Shown here piece by piece: positions 52,450-64,000 of a DNA stretch of 64,000 nt. Each line of letters opens with the position of its first letter. The stretch's first letter is position 1. Source of the stretch: Cirrosporium novae-zelandiae (taxonomy: Eukaryota). The position numbers and the translations under genes are program-made. The stretch spans positions 62,001 to 126,000 of the forward strand of contig JAPETS010000049.1 in the NCBI GenBank assembly GCA_026023565.1. Direction: 5' to 3'. Below the pieces are notes generated by a model that saw only the letters and a list, made by a program, of their open reading frames with translations, did not search any database and had not been told where the DNA came from.

Positions 52450-54522
52450 CTAAGTCTCTCTTTTTCTAATCATAATGTGGGCTTTCATGTCCGGGAAGAG
52501 AATTTTCTTGAAAAAGGTGTTTCCTGGACGTGGTCCATTATTCTCGGTGGTGATATCATAGTTGATCAGCATATAAGCTAGCATCATCCGTATCTCGTCA
52601 GCGGCCATATATCGGCCAGGGCTAAAGAGATGCTTCAGTTAGCCAATTTCATTCCTTGAACTAGGGTCCAATTGTTATTCTAAAAAGTGACAGACCAAGT
52701 ATGTCTTCCATCACCAAACTGGAGATATTTCGGATTCGTTGAGACAAATGTATGATTATTAGTCTGCTCTGGCTGTTCTCTCATTTTGTAAAAACGAAAC
52801 CCATCGAATTGATCCGCATTTGGATAGTAAGTTTGGTCGAATAGCACAGGAGCATTGGGTGTGAATATGAAGTTGCCTTCCGGAATACGGAGTCCATTGG
52901 AAAATTTGAAATCCTTCGTGGTGCGGCGTGCTAACGACCCTTTTTCATACTCGGAGATTTAGCCGTACGTGCCTAAGTAGAGAGCAGGACGTAATTACCT
53001 GAATCCAACGGATTATACCGTTGACACTCCTTGATAAAGCTGTCTAGCTTCTTCATCGACTCTAGCCCTTCTTTCACCCAGCCGCCATACTCCCTCAAAC
53101 TTTCCTCTATCTCCTGTCGGAGTGGCTCTACATACTCTTTTCGGGTTGCAATCTCAAAGAGACTATGTACCAAGACCTAAAAGTTGTCAGTGAGGTTTGG
53201 AAGAAATTCGACATTATTATCCTGGCCAGGAAGTCAAAAGCTTACCTGTGTTGTAGTGTGGATTGCACCAAAGATTGAAGAAACAATCTGTAGGCAAACA
53301 TCCCAGTCGCTGTATTTGTCGGGAGCATTCTCGTCTACCCATTTCATCAACCAATCTGTCAAGTCCTAGACAATCAAATTAGTCGGCTGAAAAAGGGGGT
53401 GTTCGGCATCTCGACCTGAGGCATTTTCCGTGGATTGGCTCTTCTTTTGCCAATTTCAAGAGTTATCATTGTATTAAGCCGATCCGAGACCTTGGGTGCA
53501 GAGCAGAACATGGCGGCTAGTCTAGAAGAAAGGTAAGTACAAAACACTCTTATAGTATTATATTCACCAGCAGCACTCACGGTTTCAGATACTCAGGGAA
53601 CATCGTAATGAAGAAGCCGCTTGTAGGCACGACATTTCCAAATGTGGAAAAAAGATCAATAATTTCGGGGTCTCGACACATGGGACGTCCAACAAGAGAC
53701 TTTGCTGTGAGATGAGCTACCATTCTCGTTCCGGTTTCAAAACATGGCACTGCATTCCAGCCTTAAATTAAAAGGAAACCCAAGTTAGCAAACTAGCTAA
53801 AATCAAGCATTTCTCAACTACTCTACCTTTGTCAGAAAGATGTAGTTCCTCAGAAAACGCGTGCAAGAACTCTTCGACAAACTCAGGGAAGTAAGGGTCC
53901 GTCTTTGTCGCGGCACGTGTTCGTAACCATGTTAAGCCTTTCGAGAGGATTGGGATTGGAATCTTATGAATACCCTCTGCAGCGCCGGGAAGAGTATACT
54001 TCGTCTGGAACAACTGCGGATGTTGTTTAGCATCGACAGCCGTAAACCTTCACATCCATTCGGAATAGCCAAATTTAGTAACAAACCTCTGCGGTCACAG
54101 CATTTGCCGACATTTGATTGTCCATAAGATTTCGGTACTCCTTTATCATGTCGTCGTTGCAAATAAATATCTCCCATCCATTTGCAGTTGCAACTTGGAA
54201 AGCAGAATCACGATACTATGACGAGTTAGGCATATACACTGTAGAAGTCTATGCAACGAGAATGGCAACCTTTTTGTAGCCTTCCTGGATCAGGCTACGA
54301 GCTTTCCGTGACCAGCGGAAACCCGCTATCCACGATCCAAGAATCCCGTATCCACCGAGAACTGGAACATCAACCTGCACTATTCAGTATGATGCCATAG
54401 TCATAGATATCGTTATAACATACCCAGGCATGAGAAGCTTTGTAATACTTAGCAGTTAGCCGATAAACGAAGAATATAGAAAGCAGCAGTGCTGGGAGTT
54501 TAAAATCAAGTATATCTGCCAT
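52450..54522 (-). CDS. idtQ: cytochrome P450, PaxQ/AtmQ-like (indole-diterpene C13 oxidation), multi-exon
   Basis: Spliced product contains ICNDDMIKEYRNLMDNQ, DPYFPEFVEEF, VPTSGFFI, IFGAIHTTTQ, KLDSFIKECQR, heme motif FGDGRHTCPG and FKKILFPDMK, closely recalling PaxQ. Confidence 0.88.
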
Positions 54523-55294
54523 TGACTCTTGTGTTAAGTGCTGGTAGCGTGGGTGTCAGGATAATAAACGTTACTGCGACGAATATTTTATGGTATCGAA
54601 GGAAATAGAGATGGCTCAGCTGATGCTAACCTCATAGATAAAGACAGGGATATCTCTCCGATCTGGTTGGAATTCTGGTGGCTGACAAGTCTCATTCTGC
54701 GGTGTTTCGGGTTGCCGAATTCTCGGCTGCACTGTATGCAAGCCTTCGTCATCAAAGGGTAGTTGCAGCAAATATATATCCTATGAACAGTAACCTAGCT
54801 GTTGGCATATCCCCAAGACCCGAGTAAGGGAAGTTGCATACTTTGAGGGCATGATGGTTTCAATGCTATCTAGGTTCGGGCCGTCCGCTAGGGATTGATT
54901 GGTCGGTCGATGTCTATAACAACATAAATTATGAATATACTCAATCCTCAACATTTTTTACTTTCCTTGCCATGCGTCTTTGCTTTTTCTTATGTAACAT
55001 GAATTGCGATATACCTGAACTTTTGAGGGGCCTAAACATATACAAGGTATTTCGACCGGTCCACACATTCCACAGTTTCAGAAGATCTATAACCACTCTA
55101 ATAATACATTACGTTTGGAGAAGTCCGTCGCCTATTGTTTCACCCTTCACCTGGGCTTTATTGAAATTTTTTCTGTTCTGTTATCAGAGTTAATATATAT
55201 ATCTGTAGATTTAATTATCATAGTAGCAACGCTACTCTACTGGAATTTGTATACTCCTCGGTATATCTATAACAATCTATATTCATATTGAGCA

Positions 55295-56542
55295 ATGTCT
55301 TCCATCTTCAAATATTCCCTTCTTTTGCTGCCACCCTGGGCCATCTATTCGTTATTTATATTTGCTGTTGACAATGGGTTCATCGGGCTTCTCCAAAAGA
55401 CCTTCGTTGAGAAAGCTCTTCCTGGCACGAAAAATGCATTTTTGAAGACATCATATACTGGCATTTCCTCGCTTGATAGGGCACTGGCGTCTGCTGTTGT
55501 TCTTTTCTGGCCAGCTTGTTATGGAAGCTTGCCGTCCGTCTCACTTTATGGCCTTTGCTTTGCAGGTGGTATGGCGGCTTCATGGGTCCTTGTATTTCTC
55601 GAGACATCGAGAAAGGGAACCTCGTTACAGATTCTTCGCATGTGAGTCGAGTGAAGCTTCCTTAAATTTATATCGTTATATAATGATTATTTTGTATTGA
55701 TTAACGGGTCTTTTAGGGCTACGGCTTTTGGAGTGCTTATGCAAACCACTGGTTTTGCGCTCGTGATGCCTATCTACTTCGCCTTGAGCCTATCTACATT
55801 GCCAAGAGGCGTTAGGTGGGACACAATCTGCGTCGATCTCTCCGTTCTCAAAGTCCTTCCAGCCTCTATGATTATCGGTTATATTACTCCAATACTCATC
55901 ATGTCACTCCCTGCTCCTTCGATTATCGAATTTTATTTCAAGCAGCAAATTCTCGCTCTCTGGCAAGTGTGGCCTCTATTGGTTTCGTTCCTCGTATCCA
56001 ATCTTGCTGCAATTCATTCCAAAGGTCGCCCCAATGAGCGATTTGAGGAGGCCCATGCCACCATTTGGTATTTTCGACGTGTCTATGCTTTTGGCTTTGC
56101 TTGCTCAGCAATTCCCCACCTGGTTGCCTGTACACTCTCCTTGACGGCGGCTCTCTTCCCTACAATATTTAGTGCGGACATAGCCGCCGAACTGCATCCA
56201 CTTCGGGTGTTTGTACCCGTTTTACCATGGTCAGGAGAAAGACCATCTTCTGTTGCGGAGGGCACACTTTGGTTCTTTCACTGGGATTATAGCATCGGAG
56301 CCGTGGCGGTGCTTTTGTGGGCGGTTGCTCTTCACACTGAAGGATACCGACGACAAGGCATTCACATCAGTTATATTTGGCTGTGGTTCAAGATCCTTGC
56401 TGGTTCCGCAGTGGCCGGTGTATGTGGTATCGCCGTAGGATTGATATGGGAACGAGATGAGTTGGTGTTTATATCAGTAAATTTTCAGGGGGACAGTAAC
56501 AAAAAGCAGTCAGAGGAAAATTTCGAGTCTAAGGTCCGATGA
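55295..56542 (+). CDS. idtA: PaxA/AtmA-like integral membrane protein (IdtA cyclase type); intron 55642-55716
   Basis: Multi-TM protein with YTGI..LD, LPASMIIGY..P, ALWQVWP, WFFHWDY and LIWERDE; convergent with an idtM-like gene as in the pax cluster. Confidence 0.8.
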
Positions 56543-56686
56543 GTGATGAAGCGAGTCCATATTCTCAAATGAGGCGAGATCATGTATGGTTTTATTAGAC
56601 TGTAGAAAATGATACGTAACGATACAAGGTTTGCTACGTGTTTCCTAGAATTTCTATGAGTACAATAGTGAACTCAAACCACACTT

Positions 56687-58317
56687 TCAGTATATCCCAT
56701 AAATCTTCAATATTCGAACGAGGGTTGCAACAAGCACAAAGAACACCGAAACCTTCAATATTTGATGTATCCAACGAGGTTCCGAAGGATGAAACAAATC
56801 CCAACCCGTCCCTGAACGTTTCGGCCGTGGAAGATACTTTAGCATAACCCCACCCGCAATGGTTTTCGAGGACATATCTGCTGGGAGATCCTTTGCAAGC
56901 GGGACAAGGTAACGCCCGAATAGCTTGTTGAAAGTGCCATCGCGAGCCTGAAATCGGGTAACGAACCTGGACGTTTTGGAGATGTCTATCATTCGAGTTA
57001 ATCGTAACCTGTTGAAGCCACCCAGGATGCCATTGATTTCAGCATCAGTAGGATGTTCACTGCGCTTAATGTTGGCTAAATTCTGAAGAGCATTGGCCAG
57101 GGCAGCTGCACTCTCGATGGCACTGTTTGCACCTTGGCCCAAATTCGGAGTCATCTATTATGAGATGATGTTAGCATGCCCGTGACTTCAATGGCGAGAG
57201 GATGCAAGTTTGCCTACCTTGTGCATACTATCACCTATGCAGACAATGCGGCCATAGTACCATGTCTGAAACACGTTTTCTTCCAATGCCGTCATTGAAC
57301 AAACTTCCTTTCGAGCCCATATATCACCAAATACAACGTCTTTCCACACTTTCACATTTTGGAGTTTGTGGCAGGCCTTAGCCGCATCTTCCTTGGCGAA
57401 ACGGGGGACATTCGGATAGCGATACTTTTTTTCCATTTTTTGAATAACAAACCAGGAAATGCGCCCTTTCTTGCAATGAAAAGTAATAATCGTCAGCCCA
57501 TTGTAGAAATGAGTGATTTGCTCTCCAATTTTGAGCCCAGAGACTGCTGAAGAAATGCCAAAAATGCAGGTAAATTCAGCGCACATGTCTAAACCACCAA
57601 CCCGCCCAGGGAAAGTTAACTACTATCTATCTAGAATTTGTGGTTTGGAGCCAACTGACTGTTCTTTTCTCTCATAGTAATTAGGCCAGGCTGCTGAGTG
57701 TCTGCGATTCGCCACATCTCTGATCGTACCTTACTATGGACGCCGTCTGCACCCACAACCAGATCACAGTCGTAGAAAGACCCATCAGAAGTCGATACAC
57801 GCAAGGAACTTTTCAGCTGCTGAACTTCCACAACTTTCTTGTTGACATGCACTTTGGACTTATCTTTGAGCGAAGTGTAGAGTATCTTGAGCAACTTTTG
57901 CCTGTCGAGAAAGGCAAGAGGAAAACCAAATCTGCCATATTATGTATTAGCCAATATACCTTTTTCACAATGGGTAGATGAACGAGAACCCATGCAAATT
58001 CTGTTGTATACTTGCCGCTCATGTAAAACTACTGGATAACTACTGCTGAAGAAGAATCCATCTGGATAGCAGATGTGAGCTTGACGGAGCGGTTCAATCT
58101 CCTTTTCGACCTCATCAAAGATTCCCAGCTGCTCAAGAACACGCCCACCATTTGGCATAATGCCAATGGAAGCTCCGACCTGGGGAGAAATGTCGTCTCG
58201 GCGTTCCAGGACGATATGGTCGATTTCGGCGCGGTCAAGACAATGCGCGAGCGTTAGGCCGGCTATTGAACCTCCTACGATAATAACCCTGAACTTGGAT
58301 TTCTCCATACCAGACAT
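56687..58317 (-). CDS. idtM: FAD-dependent monooxygenase/epoxidase, PaxM/AtmM-like, 4 exons
   Basis: [35 protein letters not shown] and [21 protein letters not shown]; first intron (58015-57932) has a GC donor. Confidence 0.92.
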
Positions 58318-59187
58318 GTATTGAATGAAATTAGTGGTCTTTGGAGAGAGAAGTCCTCAGATATCGTAATGGATCCAGCTTGAGCAAGGCTCATAGATTC
58401 GCCAGAGACCTTGCGTTTGGATACTGGGATTCTAATCAAGCGACATAGAATTTCCATCAGAAGCACAAGGCCAAGACCGATGCCACCCATCTCCTTAAAC
58501 ATTCTTAGGTTAGATCTTGTGTCCGCCATCTGATGTTGTCTACGTAAGAAGATTGCGACAATGACAGAAAGTTTCTTCAGAGTTAGTATATGACGCCACC
58601 TCCACTAGTTCCCGCTTATTGGCACTAGTACTGTGTATTTCTGCGTATTACGGAAGTCCGTCCTTGTCAAAAATAAAAAACGCTATCAAATACTTGGCCG
58701 AAGATCGTGATATTTCCGACTAATTCGAGTGGCTAGCTGAACCGCAACCTTGTAGTCAACACATTTGCAAGTGCAACGTCATTTATTAAATCTTCATTGC
58801 ATTGTCTTTGCATGCCCAGTCAAGTTGCATATTTCCATGATATGTTATCTCCACCATTTAACAGTTACACATGCTATAGATACCTAGGCTATCTACGATT
58901 ACCAGTGATGTTCGGCGGAAGCCCTTCGATGAGACCCAGCAGGTGCAGGTGATGGATCGAGGTCTCTGTGCCGCAAAGAGGGGTACGAACTTGTTAGTCT
59001 TACCATGGCTATTAGGTTTGATGAACTGGGATGATGGTAAGACCTAACTGTATAGCCGTCGAACAAAAAGGGTGGCATTACGACTTAATCATGGTGTATC
59101 CTCGAAAGAAAAGTCAGCTCTACCCCAAAGTGATAAATGAATCATACTAAAACCTACCTCCATTCCATCAAGACTTTGACTACAGAT

Positions 59188-61028
59188 ATGGACCTTTCAA
59201 CTTTTGATAATCTTTTCCAACAAGCAGAATTGCTACTCCAACAGTCATCCATACTTTGGGCGGCCATTGGTACGATAATAGCAGCGTTGTACTTATTTTC
59301 GAAGAAATCCGAAGAGGAATATGCCAAAATACCAACCGTCAAATTCATAAGCCCATTGCTCCCAGATTTCTTTAGTAGGCTGCTCTTCAACTCGAAAGCC
59401 AGTGAAGTTATTTATCGCGGATACAAACAGGTTTTTTATTCCTTCTCGCCCCATGAATGACCAAAGCTAAACACCGTCTTAGTATAAAGATAAGGCATAT
59501 CGAATTCTTAAAGCCGATGGAGACTTGATCGTATTATCGACCAAATACTGTGAAGAACTGAGAACGCTGCCGGCGTTAAAGCTCAACGCTTTGGAAGCCA
59601 CATTCAGTGTAATTTCAGGACCGAGTCTTGACATAGGGCAGAAACGAAAGCTAATATGAGCTATTAAAGGACCATGTTGGGGATTATACAACCATCCTGG
59701 TCGGAAGTCATCTACATACACAGACTATCCAGAGACGCTTGACCCCAGCTATAGGTATGCAATTGTGTCATCGACGTCTCTGAATCAGATCTAACCCATT
59801 ATTTACAGGGCAAATTATTCCTCGCATGCTTGACGAGCTTTGTTATGCTTTCGATGTCGAGTTCCCCAAGTGCGAAGGTGCGTATTCTCAAGTATTGAAA
59901 AAACTACGACAGCTTAGCTCTAGTCACAGATAAATGGGTCGGAATCAATCCATACAATGTTATTCTGCGACTTGTGGCACGGGCAGGCGCCAGAGTCTTC
60001 TTAGGCGAAAACGTTTGCCGGGATGAAGAATGGTTAAGTATCTCGATCAGTTTCACAACAAATATCTTCGAAACTGTAGCGCTATTACGACCTGTCCCGG
60101 GATTCTTGCAACCTATCATAGGGCCCTTGCTTCCAAGTAGCAGGAGACTCAGCAAACAACTAAAGTACGCCCAGGACAAACTTTTGGTACCGATCATCAA
60201 CAAGCGTAGGGCTGCTGAACAGGCCGGAGACCCGAGCTACGAGAAACCTGACGACTTTTTACAGTGGATGATGGACCTGGCGGATAACCCAAATGACGCC
60301 GATCCCGCTAATTTGGCCCATCGGCTTCTTGGTATTATGAGCATGGCCGTTGTCCACACGAGTGCTATGATGTCTGTTCATGTTATCTATGACTTGATTA
60401 CAATGCCGGAATGGATTGAGCCCCTACGAAAGGAGATCAAAGACGCGGTTCCGCCTAAGTGGAAAGATGTTGTTCAAGCTTCCCTTCTAGAATTGAAGCA
60501 TCTGGACAGTTTCATGAAGGAGTCTCAGCGTGTAAACCCTCCTGGACACCGTAAGATAACCAAATTCAACTAGATGCTATCATGTTGAAAATTCTAACAA
60601 TTCTGACAGTTTCTTTCCACCGTATTGTTAAGGAAGATATGACTCTCTCGGATGGCCTCAAGCTCTCCAAGGGTACTCATATATGTATGGCCTCGGGTCC
60701 AATCTCCACGGATCCAGAAATTGTGCAAGATCCAGAAGTCTTTGATGGCTTTCGTTGGTCCAAAGAGAACAAGGGTACCTCTAGCTTTGTTAGCACAGGT
60801 CCTACAGGTATGCATTTTGGACTTGGAAGATATGCGTGCCCCGGCCGGTTCTTTGCTTCCTACGTAATCAAAGCTATATTGGCTCGGATCTTGCTAGATT
60901 ATGATTTCAAATTTGGGCCTGGGCAAGAAGGGAGACCCAAAAACATTGTTATTGGTGATAAGATCGTTCCGAATTACACCACCGAAGTATTCTTCAGAAA
61001 GAGACATAAGGAAACTGTTCCTATCTAA
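59188..61028 (+). CDS. idtP: cytochrome P450, PaxP/AtmP-like, multi-exon
   Basis: KIPTVK...SRLLFNS, KPDDFLQWMMDLADN, MAVVHTS, LDSFMKESQR and heme motif FGLGRYACPG, recalling PaxP. Confidence 0.85.
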
Positions 61029-61889
61029 CCATTGTGGGGGCTAGTGTTGATCAGTAACTAGTGCCAAGCAGGGGGGGGGGGGGTTTAAACTGGGGGGTCA
61101 ATTGGCCAAATGGTAAGATCTTAAGGCTCAGTATGATTCAGCAAAAAAATTGATACCTGATTCTGCCTGAAAACAACTATCTAACCTATCATGATCCCTA
61201 CTAAGGTGGTCCTTTTGTGCCCAGTTTAGGAGATTGGTTCCATAGCAGTCCCATATATGGCTGCAGCTTGATTAAAAATTAGTCATTGCTTTTATTCATG
61301 GTAGAGGATACCTGGCAAACTCTTTTATGCTCATAGGTTTTACATAGACGTTAGGATTAAAAGGACCTCGGTAGACTGCTCATCATCCCGCTGCTATTAA
61401 CATGGTACTCGAATTTAGCTATATAAATAAAGTGGGGATGCACGGGCTTAGAAAAGCGGGTCCGTTTGAATATTTTAAGGATTGACAAAGTCGTAAGTTT
61501 GAATCCCGGTGGATCTACCCGTAATTAGTGGTCAAAGCTTCCCTAATTATCGTTGGTTGGTATCAGGCGAAATAATCCCTAGTACGGTGGAACTGCTCCA
61601 CACGGGATTTAACTACTTCAAGTAACCGCTAGGCCATGTTTAGTATGGTGACTGCCTCGTATGGTTAAAAGACATTTTAATTCAAGTTTGTACTAGGGAT
61701 TATTTCTCCTGATACCACAGTAAGTAGTGGCTTATCAAACGACCTGTTACACTCCCAATTAACTATTCCTAGTTTTAATATTCTTACAACAGCTTTACCC
61801 AGCTATAATCAGACATGATTCCATGATGATTATTTAACGCCACCTTCCTAACGCACCCATCCCCTGTTCTTCCTGCAAAGCTTTGCATG

Positions 61890-62687
61890 TCAATTGCGCT
61901 TTTGCTTTTCTGTGCCCAACTCCTGTCGCCGAATATACCAAAAACAAACACCGTACGCCCCATCTGCTAATAGAAAAACTGCAAGGCTCCATAGAATGAG
62001 TGGGCTCACCAGCCAATAAAAAGCGTCTGGCCAGTACAGATATCGAAGCGCGGCGAAAACGACAGTACAACTTGATCCAAGATACCGAGACAACCTGTTG
62101 GTTGGTAATTTATGTCGATCAGAAACTCGACATATCTATTTAGCTTTGGTGGCGGAGGAGTAGACTTGCCATAGAGTATACGACCCACCCCTCGTACTCC
62201 CACGCATTATCAATTGGCAAAGCCCACCGATGCTCAACATGAGCTGGCAGATTACCGCCCCCCACGAATAAGCAAGACTAGGACCAATTTCTGCAGCGAG
62301 AGCCAAATGACCTGTAAGACTAACAATAATTCCAACGGCGAAAATGAGGGGAAGATTCCGTTCGACAAGTGGTGCATGAGCCCATTCCGTTGAGGAGAAC
62401 TTGATCGCAGTGTAAATGACTGCGAAATTGATCACCAGACCACTCAAAAACACTCCCTGCTCAATGGGGTCTTTTGAGGGGTGTATTAGACCGTAGACGG
62501 CTTCCCAAGCGATGTTGCAACAAAGGGGCATTATTGCCATACCATAGGTGCGGTCACGAACAGATACGTACACCATTCCGATGTAATTGACTAGCCAGCC
62601 TACACTCATCAGAACGACAAAGGTATTCGCGATCCATTCAATCTCCTGATACTCCGGGGGAGCTGTAGAAGCGTCGAACCCGTCCAT
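61890..62687 (-). CDS. idtB: indole-diterpene cyclase, PaxB/AtmB-like; GC-AG intron 62169-62095
   Basis: MDGFD...PPEY, YGMAIMPLCCNIAWE (catalytic Glu), RGSTRGGSYTLW-LSR and the C-terminal conserved Asp in LLADGAYG. Confidence 0.95.
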
Positions 62688-62891
62688 TAGTGGCGACTCT
62701 GAAAAGCGAAGAAAAATTTGATTTGATGCCAAAAGAGAAATGCTAATGTGAAAGCTGATACGATACTCCTCCTCTATATATCCTCAACCGATATAAAGCC
62801 GAAACGGTTGCTGGGAAACCCCTGTCATTGATTGCCGCGTGTAAGTTATTGGTATATCAGTATTTGCATGTTCAATCAGCTTCGGTGTAGC

Positions 62892-62990
62892 CAGCATTGT
62901 GAATAAACTGGACCGATCAGACCGACCCCTTGATCTGGTCGGTCTAAGGTTTATAGACCGTCTATTTGGTTCAGTTTATCCACAACACTA
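62892..62990. mobile_element. 99-bp MITE, hAT-type
   Basis: Imperfect TIRs cagcattgtgaataaactggacc / ggttcagtttatccacaacacta (mismatches are transitions), 8-bp flanking direct repeat ggtgtagc (62884-62891) / agtgtagc (62991-62998), internal hairpin agaccgacc..ggtcggtct. Confidence 0.75.
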
Positions 62991-63535
62991 AGTGTAGCTG
63001 AACTGAGTTCTTGCTCTTATTAACCTGAGTCCTGTTATAGCTGAACGCCTTTTGTAGCTCTGCCGATCAATGCAAGTCTTGTTTTCGGTGGCTGACACAA
63101 TTTCCCTGGATTAGAGGATTTCCTCCACAATTGTTCATTATCGTCGTTCTCCTCTCTCTTTTACTTGCAAATGTTGCTGTCTCTCTGTGGGAGACACAAT
63201 AGCCGAGGAGTCTTAGGGAGCTGATGCATTGGTCTCGGTCTATCTGTGTATTCTCTGTTGACTGATCTCCTAGGTTTTACCTTCACCGGCAGCCTCACTT
63301 TTAAGCAATTTTACGTTATACGTCTCATCAATGTGAGATAGAAATCTACATCTTAGTAATACAAGATGATCCATATCCTTTAATAAACTTGTGTTGTTAT
63401 TATGGTGATTGTTTTACCAAGAACCTCAACGCAGCTTTTCAGCCCTTCTAGCTTCAAGTTTTGTGCAATTTAATAATCTATTCAAGTATTGAGTCGTCTT
63501 TTCGAATATATTTTGTCCAAAAGAAGAATCACATA

Positions 63536-64000
63536 ATGAATACGACCACGACTTTACTCCCAGCTGGAGCCTCCGTTATCCTATCCATTTTGCTCGTTAT
63601 TGCTATCGTTGTTGCCGTCTTAGATAGAATCCCTCCTTGGGGCCCATTCAACAAGAGAGCTTGGTTAACTGTCTCGAAACCCCCATCAACTGTGACGCCA
63701 ATAGAGTGTCCTTACGAATATCTCCTCGGGATATATGGGAAACACCACTTTGCGCCATTTGTTAAGAAACTTTCACCCACGCTTGAGTCGAGCAACCCTG
63801 AGAAATGGAATATTATACTGGAGATTATGGACAGCTTCCACTTCTGTCTCATTCTTGTTGACGATGTAAGAACATGCTGGGGAGTTCCGTTTACAGATAA
63901 GTCGCTGAACTAGCTCTTCAGATTTCGGATAACAGTGACTTTCGAAAAGGCCATCCGGCCGCGCATAAGGTCTTTGGGGCTTCCGAAACTGCTAATCGTG
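63536..64000 (+). CDS. idtC: geranylgeranyl-indole prenyltransferase, PaxC/AtmC-like (5' part, truncated by window end)
   Basis: [22 protein letters not shown], then [29 protein letters not shown] (DDxxD motif across an intron); divergent from idtB. Confidence 0.92.

Noticed and set aside
54690..54730. CGG-containing near-palindrome (ccgaattctcgg) in the idtQ-idtA divergent promoter as a Zn2Cys6 site
   Set aside because: I could not find the same motif in the other cluster promoters by eye; it needs motif discovery.
61430..61530. Possible transposon end (ggggatgcacgggc...cgggtcc) between idtP and idtB
   Set aside because: No matching second TIR or TSD identified.

Overview
Eukaryotic DNA from a filamentous ascomycete (Pezizomycotina-type short spliceosomal introns with CTRAC/CTAAY branch points and microsatellite-rich intergenic DNA). 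The window has three parts. (1) Conserved housekeeping genes: an IPC-synthase/PAP2-like membrane protein, a PWI/SRm160-like splicing factor, Kex2, a PhoD-like phosphatase, thioredoxin reductase, a GTP:AMP adenylate kinase, Mdm38/LETM1 and an intron-containing tRNA-Ala(AGC). (2) An accessory island at about 7-23 kb: a GST pseudogene, two diverged intron-containing paralogs with the architecture helical N-domain / C2H2-like Zn fingers / retropepsin (D[ST]GS) aspartyl protease / charged coiled-coil tail, a truncated DUF6594-like membrane protein and a stop-riddled relic between them, a GH28 exo-pectinase and a tiny putatively myristoylated orphan. (3) From about 50 kb to the window end, an indole-diterpene (paxilline/aflatrem-type) biosynthetic cluster: O-acetyltransferase, idtQ, idtA, idtM, idtP, idtB, idtC (cut by the window edge), with a small hAT-type MITE in the idtB-idtC divergent promoter. 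All family calls come from motif recognition by eye; no database searches were run.
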